Of a DNA stretch of 37,343 nucleotides, positions 4,928-13,264 are shown piece after piece; position 1 is the first letter of the stretch, and each line of letters starts with the position of its first letter. The stretch covers positions 1 to 37,343 of the forward strand of contig JAZTXT010000040.1 of assembly GCA_045636525.1 (NCBI GenBank), in the 5' to 3' direction. The stretch is from Bacilli bacterium (GTDB taxonomy: Bacteria > Bacillota_I > Bacilli_A > RF39 > UBA660). The notes beneath the pieces were generated by a model. That model made no database searches and was not told where the DNA came from. It was given only the letters and a program-made list of their open reading frames with translations. The position numbers and the translations under genes are program-made.

Positions 4928-7017
4928 TGAATGATACTATAAATGTAACAAAAGAAGTAAATATGGTATGGAGCATTGCTAATAAATTAAGAGGTCCATA
5001 TAAGAGTGATAAATATAAAGATGTAATAATTCCAATGGTTATTATTAGAAGATTTGAGTGTGCACTTGCTAAAACTAAGAAAGCTGTTTTAGATGAATAT
5101 AATAGTGATAAAACAACACCATATCAAATGTTATGTAGAAAATCAGGATATTCTTTTTATAATACCAGTAAGTTTGATTTAAAAGAATTATTAAATGATG
5201 CAGATCATATTGCAGATAATTTTAAATCATATATAAAAGGATTTTCTACTAATGTAAAAGAAATAATAGATAATTTAGCATTTGAAAAAGAAATTGATAA
5301 AATGGATAAAAATAATAGATTACTTGGTGTAGTTAAGGAATTTTCTAATTTAGATCTAAATCCAGAAACTGTTGATAATCATAAAATGGGATATATATTT
5401 GAAGATATAATTAGAAGATTTTCTGAAAATGCTGAAGCCGGTGATCATTTTACTCCTAGAGAAGTCATTAAATTAATGGTAGATATATTACTTTCTGAAG
5501 GATGTGACGATTTAATGGCTGCAGGTAAAGCAATTACTATATTAGATGCAGCTTGTGGAACTGGTGGAATGCTAAGTACCGCTAGGGAAACAATTATGAA
5601 AATGAATCCTGATGCTGATGTTCAATTATTTGGGCAAGAAGTTAATCCGGAATCTTATGCAATATGTTTAGCAGATATGATGATTAAAGGACAAAATGCT
5701 AAAAATATTCGATTCCAAGATACAATGAAAAAAGATTGCTTTTCAGCAACTTTAAATGAACGTGAACAAAAAATGAGATTTGTTATTATGAATCCTCCTT
5801 TTGGACAACCATGGGGTGGAAAAGATGCGGCTGAAGGTGTAGAAGAAGCAGTTAAAGAAGAATTTAAATTAGGTTTTAAAGGGAGATTTGGTGCAGGGCT
5901 TCCTGCTACTGGTGATATGCAATTGTTATTTATGCAACATGCAATATCAAAATTAGCTGACAATGGTAAAGCTGCAATCATTACAAATGGTTCACCATTA
6001 TTTTCAGGAGGAACATCTTCTGGTGAAAGCCAAATAAGAAGATGGATGATTGAAGAAGATTTAATTGAATCAATAATAGCATTACCAACAGATTTATTTT
6101 ATAATACAGGTATTGGAATTTATGTTTTTATACTTTCTAAACAAGACATTAAGAAACCTGAAAGAAGAAATAAAATTCAATTAATTAATGCTACCAGTGA
6201 AGAATTCTGGACACCGTTAAGAACATCACTTGGTAAAAAGAGAAAAGAATTATCATTAAAACAAATTGAAAAAATTGTTAATATTTATGCTGATTTCAAA
6301 GAAAGTAAGTATAGTAAAATCTTTGATAAAGAAGAATTTTTATATAAGGAGTATGCGGTTTATCAACCATTACAAAGAAGTTATGCTATAAATGATGAAA
6401 GAATAGAAAACTTAAGAAATAATGGAACATTTGATAAATTTTACAATCAAGATAAAGTAGAAGAAATACAAATGTTAGATCCTATTCCGTCTAAAGAACA
6501 AAAAGAGTTAGATAAATATTTAAATAATAAAAATACATATGATTTAATATTTAATCTTTTGAAGAATAATAAAGCAGATAAAGTATATAAAAATGAAAAA
6601 GATTTTCTTGATGTCTTAAAAGATATTTTTAATAATACGGAAGTAAATAAAAGTTTAATTGATAAAATATCAGATGGCTTATCTATTATGGATAAGACAG
6701 CAGAAATTCATAAAGATAAAAATAGAAATATTATTTGGGATAAGTCAACAAAGGATGTAGAAATTGTAAAATATACTAAAGAAATTGATGAATATATGCT
6801 AGAAGAAGTATTACCACATATTCCTGATGCTAAAGCATTCTTTGAAGAAGATATGAATGCTAAAAATCCGGTTGTAAAAACAGGTGCTGAAATTCCGTTC
6901 ACAAGATATTTTTATGAATATAAAGAACCTGAAAAATCTGATGAATTAGAAAAACAATTTTTAGAAATTGAATCTTCATTAAATAAAAGAATAGAAGAGT
7001 TATTTAAGGAGATATAA
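4927..7017 (+). CDS. hsdM: Type I restriction-modification system, N6-adenine DNA methyltransferase subunit
   Basis: The SAM motif LDAACGTGGML and the catalytic motif IMNPPFG are present, with an HsdM-type N-terminal region. The operon context is hsdS and hsdR. Confidence 0.9.
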   Translation: MNDTINVTKEVNMVWSIANKLRGPYKSDKYKDVIIPMVIIRRFECALAKTKKAVLDEYNSDKTTPYQMLCRKSGYSFYNTSKFDLKELLNDADHIADNFKSYIKGFSTNVKEIIDNLAFEKEIDKMDKNNRLLGVVKEFSNLDLNPETVDNHKMGYIFEDIIRRFSENAEAGDHFTPREVIKLMVDILLSEGCDDLMAAGKAITILDAACGTGGMLSTARETIMKMNPDADVQLFGQEVNPESYAICLADMMIKGQNAKNIRFQDTMKKDCFSATLNEREQKMRFVIMNPPFGQPWGGKDAAEGVEEAVKEEFKLGFKGRFGAGLPATGDMQLLFMQHAISKLADNGKAAIITNGSPLFSGGTSSGESQIRRWMIEEDLIESIIALPTDLFYNTGIGIYVFILSKQDIKKPERRNKIQLINATSEEFWTPLRTSLGKKRKELSLKQIEKIVNIYADFKESKYSKIFDKEEFLYKEYAVYQPLQRSYAINDERIENLRNNGTFDKFYNQDKVEEIQMLDPIPSKEQKELDKYLNNKNTYDLIFNLLKNNKADKVYKNEKDFLDVLKDIFNNTEVNKSLIDKISDGLSIMDKTAEIHKDKNRNIIWDKSTKDVEIVKYTKEIDEYMLEEVLPHIPDAKAFFEEDMNAKNPVVKTGAEIPFTRYFYEYKEPEKSDELEKQFLEIESSLNKRIEELFKEI

Positions 7018-7019
7018 TT

Positions 7020-8342
7020 ATGTCTAGAATGAAATATAGTGGAGTTGAATGGATAGGAAATATTCCCAAAGAGTGGTCTATAAAAAAGGCTAAATATATT
7101 ACAAATTTTATAAATGGTTATGCATTTGATTCTGATGAGATGCAAAGTGTTGGAAGATATCCTGTAATAAGAATAGGGGATATTGATGGTAAAACTATAA
7201 ATTTTGTTAACTGTTTATTTGTAGATAATAATGTTAATTTAGAAAAATATAAAATTATGAAGGATGACTTATTACTAGCTATGAGCGGTGCTACTGTAGG
7301 TAAAACAGGATTTTCATATAAAAATTATGAAGCATATATAAATCAGCGAGTTGGTATAATACGTTCGCGCAATAATAAGTTTGTTAATTATTTTTTAAAG
7401 ACAAGTTATTTTGATGAATTTATTAAATTAATTTCCGTTGGATCAGCCCAGCCAAACATATCATCTACAAATTTTGGTGAGTTTAAAATGACGATTCCAT
7501 CTAATATAGAACAAAAACTTATAGTAGATTTTCTTGATGAAAAAATTTCTAATATGGATAATATACTGATTAATTTAAATAAGCAAGTCGAAATATTAAA
7601 TAAATATAGAGTATCATTGATAACCGAAAAGGTAACCAAAGGCTTAAAGAAAGATGTAACATTAAAATCAGCTAAGATAGATTTTATTGATGTTATACCT
7701 GAATATTGGAAAGAAATAAGAACTTTAAATGTTTTAAAAATGCCAATAACTGATGGCCCACATGAAACACCGGAATTATATGACTATGGAATACCTTTTG
7801 TTTCGGCAGAAGCTGTTTCATCAGGGAATGGGAAAATTGATTTTAATCATATAAGGGGATACATTTCAGAAGATTATTATAAACAATGTTGTAAAAAATA
7901 TATTCCACAAAAAAAAGATATTTACATGATAAAATCAGGTGCTACTACTGGAAAAGTGTCATTGGTTGACACAGATAAAGTGTTTACTATATGGTCTCCG
8001 CTAGCGGTTTTTAGAAGTAACGATAAAATAATTAATTATAAGTTTTTGTTTTATGTGTTAAACTCTAATTATTATCAAATGCAAGTTCAAAATAATTGGT
8101 CATATGGAACACAACAAAATATTGGTATGAGAACTCTTGAACATTTAAAAATTGTTTTGCCTCCGTTAGAAGAGCAAAAGGAAATAGTGGACTATTTAGA
8201 CAAAAAATGTGAACAAATCGATAAAATAATTGAAGAAAAGCAAAAACAAATAGAAAAAATAGAAGAATATAAGAAATCAGTTATATATGAGTATGTAACT
8301 GGTAAGAAGAGAGTGGAAGGAGCAGAAGAGTTATATGGATAA
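7020..8342 (+). CDS. hsdS: Type I R-M specificity subunit with two target-recognition domains
   Basis: Two half-repeats each end in a conserved helical spacer (...QKLIVDFLDEKISNMDNILINLNKQVEILNKYRVSLI and ...QKEIVDYLDKKCEQIDKIIEEKQKQIEKIEEYKKSVI). It starts 3 nt after hsdM and overlaps hsdR by 8 nt. Confidence 0.9.
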   Translation: MSRMKYSGVEWIGNIPKEWSIKKAKYITNFINGYAFDSDEMQSVGRYPVIRIGDIDGKTINFVNCLFVDNNVNLEKYKIMKDDLLLAMSGATVGKTGFSYKNYEAYINQRVGIIRSRNNKFVNYFLKTSYFDEFIKLISVGSAQPNISSTNFGEFKMTIPSNIEQKLIVDFLDEKISNMDNILINLNKQVEILNKYRVSLITEKVTKGLKKDVTLKSAKIDFIDVIPEYWKEIRTLNVLKMPITDGPHETPELYDYGIPFVSAEAVSSGNGKIDFNHIRGYISEDYYKQCCKKYIPQKKDIYMIKSGATTGKVSLVDTDKVFTIWSPLAVFRSNDKIINYKFLFYVLNSNYYQMQVQNNWSYGTQQNIGMRTLEHLKIVLPPLEEQKEIVDYLDKKCEQIDKIIEEKQKQIEKIEEYKKSVIYEYVTGKKRVEGAEELYG

Positions 8343-11313
8343 TTTCTTTAAAGAAAGAAAAGACTATCAAAGATATATTATTGATTATTTAGTTAATGAA
8401 AATAAATTTATTGAACGTTATGACAATCAAGGACATTTTAATCCAATATATGCTATGGATACAGAACTTGTAATAAACTTTTTAGAGGAAACACAGCCAG
8501 ACAAAATGGAACAAATTAGAAAGATACATGATAATGCAAATGAACTGATTATTAAAAGAATTAATGCTGAAATAACAAAGTCTGATAGTAGTCTTATACA
8601 AAGGTTAAAAAAAGGTGTATATTTTGATAATAATATAAAATTAGACTTAATGTATGATAAGCCAGCAACAACTTTTAATGAAGAATTAAATGAACAATAT
8701 CATAAAAATATTTTTTCCGTTATGGAAGAGGTACATTATAAAAAAGATGATAAAGATAGAATTGATTTAGTAATTTTCTTAAATGGTATTGCAATTATTA
8801 CAATAGAATTAAAAAGTAATCAATCAGTTCAAAATTATGAAAATGCCATTTTTCAATATAAAAATGACAGAGATGCAACAAGTAGATTACTATCATTTAA
8901 ATTTGGTGCATTAGTAAATTTTGCTATGGATACAAAAGAAGTATATATGTGTACTAAATTATGTGGCAAATCATCATATTTTTTACCATTTAATAAGGGA
9001 ACTGAAAATGGTGGAAAAGGTAATCCGCATAATGATAATGGATTAAATGTATCCTATATGTGGGAAGATATATTAACAAAAGATACATTATTATATTTAA
9101 TTAAAAACTTTATATATGTAGAAAAAGAAGAGGAAGAAGATCCTAAAACAGGAAAATTAAGAATAAAAGAAAATCTAATTTTTCCAAGATATCATCAACT
9201 AGATGCAATAAGAAATTTAATAGATGATATAGCAATTAATAAAACATCTAAAAATTATTTAATTGAACATAGTGCAGGTTCTGGAAAAACCAAGACAATT
9301 GCATGGTTATCTCATAGACTACAATCATTACATGATAAAGACGAAAATAATATATTTGATTCTGTGTTAATAATTACTGATAGAATAGTAGTTGACCAAC
9401 AATTACAAGCAGCAATAAAAGCAATAGACCATAAAGCGGGATTAATAAAAGTAATGGATGAAGATTGTACTTCAACTGATCTAGGTGATGCACTAAAAAG
9501 TAATACTAAAATTATAGTTTCTACAATTCAAAAATTTAGATATATTTTAGATGAAACAAAAAATATATTAAATAAAAAATTTGCAATAATTATAGATGAA
9601 GCCCATTCATCAACATCTGGAAAAAATATGGCAGCGGTTACTGAAGTTTTGTCTGACAATGAAGATATGGATGGTGATTCAGTAGAAGATTTAATTATTG
9701 ATGAGATAACTAGTCAAGGAAAACAAAAAAATATTTCTATGATTGCATTTACTGCTACACCCAAAAAACAAACACTTCAATTATTTGGCAATTTAAATAA
9801 AGATGGAAAGCCAGCTCCTTTTCATGTATATGGAATGAAACAAGCAATTCAAGAAGAATTTATAATTGATGTATTAACAAATTATACAACCTACAAAACG
9901 TTTTATGAAGTCCATAAGAAAATGGAAGAAAATCCAAAGGTATTCTCAAGTGTTGTAAAAAGAAAAATTAATAGATTTGTAGATATACATCCTACTAATA
10001 TTGGTCAAAAAGTTGAAATAATTGTTGAGCATTTTAGAAATTGTATTATGAGAGAACTAGGAGGAAAAGCAAAAGCAATGGTTGTTACTTCATTAAGGGA
10101 ATCTGCAGTAAGATACAGAAATGAATTTGAAAGATATATAAAAGAACATAATTATGAAGATATAAAGGCATTAGTTGCGTTTTCTGGAAAAGTAACAGTT
10201 GATGGAAAGGAATATAGTGAAGTAGGAATAAATAATATTCCTGAAAATGCATTAAAAAAAGAATTTGATAAAGATGATTATCAAGTATTATTAGTTGCTA
10301 ATAAATATCAAACAGGTTTTGATCAGCCTAAATTAGTAGCCATGTACATAGATAAAAAATTAAGTGGAATAGCTGCGGTTCAAACATTATCAAGATTAAA
10401 TAGAATTTGTCCACCTTACAATAAACAGACATTTATATTAGATTTTAAAAATTCTTATGAAGAAATAAAAAAATCTTTTGCACCTTATTATGATGGAACA
10501 ATCTTATCTGAAAGTGTTAATCCAGAATCAGTGTATAATCTTATAGATAAAATAGACGCATATAATTTTATGGATTTTGGAGATGTTGAAGAGTTTAATA
10601 GACTTGCGTATAAACAAAGGAAAACTATTAATGATAAATTAAAAATGGAAAGTTTAGTTGATAGAGCTCTATCAAAAATAAAGAAGAGAGACAATCAAGA
10701 ACAATTGGAAATAAAGAAAAATATATCAAGCTTTAATAAATTCTATAGATTTATCATTCAAGCAACAGCTTTTGAAGATGTTGACTTACACAAAAAATAC
10801 AATTATTTAACTGTTTTATATAAAGAATTAGACGTAACAGGAATTAAAATAGACTTTAATGTAGTACAAGCAGTAGAAATTTCACATTTTGAACAAAGGA
10901 AAACAGGCGAATATATAATAGATGATGTGAATTCATCAATTGTTGCAGAACCTGAAATAAAATATGGTAATCCAAGAGTAGTATCTGTTGAATTAGAACA
11001 AAAGAGAAGATTGTCTGAAATTATTGAAGAAATAAACCTTGAAAAAGGCGTAAATATAGATCCGGATTTGGCATTTTCATCATTAGAACAAATAAAGGAT
11101 ATATTAATGAACGATGAAAAATTAAAAATAAGTGCAATTACAAATCCATATAGTGAGTTTAGATTTTCTTATTACAGAGGAGTAAATGAAGCACTTGAAG
11201 ATGGATATGAACATAACAAAGAATTATATAAATTATTATTAGATGATGAGGAAGCAAAAAAACGTATACTTGGAATTTATATGGAAGAAATATATAAAAA
11301 ATTAACCAAATAA
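8335..11313 (+). CDS. hsdR: Type I R-M restriction (helicase-nuclease) subunit
   Basis: The N-terminal PD-(D/E)xK-like motif DLVIFLNGIAIITIELK is present. SF2 motifs are SAGSGKT, IIDEAHSS, FTATP, QTGFDQP and QTLSRLNR. Confidence 0.9.
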   Translation: MDNFFKERKDYQRYIIDYLVNENKFIERYDNQGHFNPIYAMDTELVINFLEETQPDKMEQIRKIHDNANELIIKRINAEITKSDSSLIQRLKKGVYFDNNIKLDLMYDKPATTFNEELNEQYHKNIFSVMEEVHYKKDDKDRIDLVIFLNGIAIITIELKSNQSVQNYENAIFQYKNDRDATSRLLSFKFGALVNFAMDTKEVYMCTKLCGKSSYFLPFNKGTENGGKGNPHNDNGLNVSYMWEDILTKDTLLYLIKNFIYVEKEEEEDPKTGKLRIKENLIFPRYHQLDAIRNLIDDIAINKTSKNYLIEHSAGSGKTKTIAWLSHRLQSLHDKDENNIFDSVLIITDRIVVDQQLQAAIKAIDHKAGLIKVMDEDCTSTDLGDALKSNTKIIVSTIQKFRYILDETKNILNKKFAIIIDEAHSSTSGKNMAAVTEVLSDNEDMDGDSVEDLIIDEITSQGKQKNISMIAFTATPKKQTLQLFGNLNKDGKPAPFHVYGMKQAIQEEFIIDVLTNYTTYKTFYEVHKKMEENPKVFSSVVKRKINRFVDIHPTNIGQKVEIIVEHFRNCIMRELGGKAKAMVVTSLRESAVRYRNEFERYIKEHNYEDIKALVAFSGKVTVDGKEYSEVGINNIPENALKKEFDKDDYQVLLVANKYQTGFDQPKLVAMYIDKKLSGIAAVQTLSRLNRICPPYNKQTFILDFKNSYEEIKKSFAPYYDGTILSESVNPESVYNLIDKIDAYNFMDFGDVEEFNRLAYKQRKTINDKLKMESLVDRALSKIKKRDNQEQLEIKKNISSFNKFYRFIIQATAFEDVDLHKKYNYLTVLYKELDVTGIKIDFNVVQAVEISHFEQRKTGEYIIDDVNSSIVAEPEIKYGNPRVVSVELEQKRRLSEIIEEINLEKGVNIDPDLAFSSLEQIKDILMNDEKLKISAITNPYSEFRFSYYRGVNEALEDGYEHNKELYKLLLDDEEAKKRILGIYMEEIYKKLTK

Positions 11314-11368
11314 AAAACCAAATAGATTAAATAAGTTTACTGTATAAATATAAATTAACCAAATCAAC

Positions 11369-11683
11369 TATTTCACATATAATAATCTGAAGGTGATTAT
11401 ATATGAATAATACTGAAGATAGAGCTACTAAAAGTGTTGTAATTGATCCAGGTCATGGAGGTTCGGATGCGGGTGCTGTAGGAAATAATATGTTAGAGAA
11501 AGATTATAATTTATTAATATCGCAGTATATGTTTGATAGATTTAAAGAACTAGGTATCCCTGTAGCTATTACAAGAAATTCAGATGTGACATTATCTCCA
11601 ACTGATAGAACAAATAGCATATTATCTAAGTTTGGTAATTCAAGTGATGTAATAGTAATATCTAATCATGTAAATGCCGGAGG
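11369..11683 (+). repeat. Right copy of the 315-bp direct repeat (promoter-proximal region + first 94 codons of the intact amidase)
   Basis: See 1996-2310. Confidence 0.85.
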
Positions 11684-12770
11684 AGGCGAAGGTGCGGAAG
11701 TAATATACGCCCTAAGAAACAACGACACGCTAGCAAAAAATGTCCTAAATAATATAGGTGCAACAGGCCAAACAACAAGAAAATACTACCAAAGAAGACT
11801 ACCTAGTGATACTTCAAAAGACTATTACTTTATCCATAGAAATACCGGTAGAACAGAGCCAATAATCGTAGAGTATGGTTTTATAGACAATGCAGAAGAT
11901 GTAAATTTCTTAAACAACAACTACCAAGCACTCGCGGAAGCCGTAATCTCTGCAGTAGCCAACTACGCTGGGGTACCATACACATCTCCAGAGGGAATAA
12001 CAACAAATACATATACAGTACAAAGAGGAGATACACTATATTCTATTGCAGCCAAATTAGGAACAACAGTACAGGAGTTAGCATCATTAAATAACCTAAC
12101 TAGTTCAAACTTAAGTATAGGTCAGGTACTTAGAATACCAACAAAAGAAATTCAAGAAGATGAAGAAAATATTTATATAGTAAAACCAGGAGACTCTCTA
12201 TATGCAATAGCTAGAGATAATAATACAACTGTAGATGAAATAAAATCATTAAATAACCTAACATCAAATACATTAAGAGTGGGCCAGCTACTAAAACTAC
12301 CTAGTGCTCTAATCCCTGAAGATACTTATACAGTCCAAAGAGGAGATTCTCTATATTCAATTGCAGGTAAATTAGGTACTACAGTAGATGCGCTAAAAAA
12401 AGCAAACAATCTAACAAGTAACCTATTATCAATAGGTCAAGTACTAAAAGTACCAACTCCTGAAGATGAACAAACAGGAATAACTTATACAGTAAAAAGT
12501 GGAGACTCACTATACTCTATAGCAAGAGAATTTAACACAACTGTAGATGCTATAAAAACTGCAAATAACTTAACATCAAATCTACTAAGTATAGGTCAGG
12601 TACTATCTATTCCTAGTGAAACAGGACTAGAGACAACATATACTGTCCAAAGAGGAGATTCACTATATTCAATAGCAAAAAAATTTGGTACTGATGTAAA
12701 TACTTTAAAAGAATTAAATAACTTAACATCAAACCTATTAAACATAGGTCAAATACTAATAGTAAGATAA
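11403..12770 (+). CDS. N-acetylmuramoyl-L-alanine amidase (Amidase_3) with five C-terminal LysM repeats
   Basis: VIDPGHGGSDAGA ... ISNHVNAGGG ... VEYGFIDN are amidase_3 hallmarks. Five repeats of Y[TI]V[QK].GD[TS]LY[SA]IA......V..[LI]...NNLTSN.L..GQ.L..P follow. There is no obvious signal peptide. Confidence 0.9.
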   Translation: MNNTEDRATKSVVIDPGHGGSDAGAVGNNMLEKDYNLLISQYMFDRFKELGIPVAITRNSDVTLSPTDRTNSILSKFGNSSDVIVISNHVNAGGGEGAEVIYALRNNDTLAKNVLNNIGATGQTTRKYYQRRLPSDTSKDYYFIHRNTGRTEPIIVEYGFIDNAEDVNFLNNNYQALAEAVISAVANYAGVPYTSPEGITTNTYTVQRGDTLYSIAAKLGTTVQELASLNNLTSSNLSIGQVLRIPTKEIQEDEENIYIVKPGDSLYAIARDNNTTVDEIKSLNNLTSNTLRVGQLLKLPSALIPEDTYTVQRGDSLYSIAGKLGTTVDALKKANNLTSNLLSIGQVLKVPTPEDEQTGITYTVKSGDSLYSIAREFNTTVDAIKTANNLTSNLLSIGQVLSIPSETGLETTYTVQRGDSLYSIAKKFGTDVNTLKELNNLTSNLLNIGQILIVR

Positions 12771-12778
12771 TTATGAAG

Positions 12779-12806
12779 GAAATATAAAAACATATATTTC
12801 TTTTTT
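12779..12806 (+). terminator. Intrinsic terminator of the amidase gene
   Basis: gaaatata-aaaaca-tatatttc (8-bp stem) followed by T6 at 12801-12806. Confidence 0.6.
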
Positions 12807-12849
12807 AATACTTTATATATAATTGTTAAAATATATTAAAATTAAACAT

Positions 12850-13162
12850 CCGACAATTTGTCGGGTATTGAAATGCGTATAATCTAACTGTCCCCAAAAT
12901 GAGGACAATTGAAAAATATGATAAAATCCACGATATCTGTTGATATGTAAAATATAATAAAATGAAGTGACTACAAAATGTAGTCAGTAAGTTAACAAAG
13001 TGGTCACAAATTGTGACCAGTTAAGCTAATAATAACTGTCGACAAATTGTCGACAAATGAAAAAAATTGTACGAAGAAATCGTACAACTGAAATTAAACT
13101 GTACGATAAAAACGTATGGTTGAAATCAAACGTACGATAAAAACGTACAGTTGAATATCAAC
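12850..13162. repeat. Degenerate tandem array of short hairpins (8-bp stems, A-rich 3-7-nt loops), period ~31-36 nt
   Basis: Hairpins in order:
- ccgaca-att-tgtcgg (12850-12864)
- tgtcc...ggaca (about 12889-12907)
- tgactaca-aaa-tgtagtca (12968-12986)
- tggtcaca-aat-tgtgacca (13001-13019)
- tgtcgaca-aat-tgtcgaca (13037-13055)
- ttgtacga-agaaa-tcgtacaa (13067-13087)
- actgtacg-ataaaaa-cgtatggt (13098-13120, two G-T)
- aacgtacg-ataaaaa-cgtac(a)gtt (13128-13153)

The last three units are about 75-80% identical 31-32-nt direct repeats. Confidence 0.75.
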
Positions 13163-13264
13163 AAAACCTGTGGACAAACAAAAAATAACTACTATAAATG
13201 CACAGTTCATGTGTATAAGTAATAGTTATTTTAATTTTATCCTAAATAATTAACTTAAGTATAA

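Larger units (their letters stand above)
2311..11368. mobile_element. Putative horizontally acquired defence island (RT module + Type I R-M) bracketed by the 315-bp direct repeats; no integrase or transposase is present
   Basis: The content is defence genes plus a decayed HTH gene. It is bounded by diverged duplicates of the 5' end of the same gene, and only the right copy continues into an intact gene. Confidence 0.5.

Noticed and set aside
7909-7916. The A8 tract inside hsdS as a phase-variation switch. I also looked for a spare hsdS copy or invertase that would form a shufflon.
   Set aside because: A8 runs are common at this base composition. No second hsdS, inverted repeats or recombinase are present in the window.
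13057-13140. A 27-codon ORF (MKKIVRRNRTTEIKLYDKNVWLKSNVR) running through the hairpin array.
   Set aside because: It has no Shine-Dalgarno, and the sequence is explained by the repeat structure.
12850-13162. The hairpin array as a CRISPR array.
   Set aside because: The repeats are not identical, the period is only 31-36 nt with no spacer-sized unique segments, and there are no cas genes or leader.
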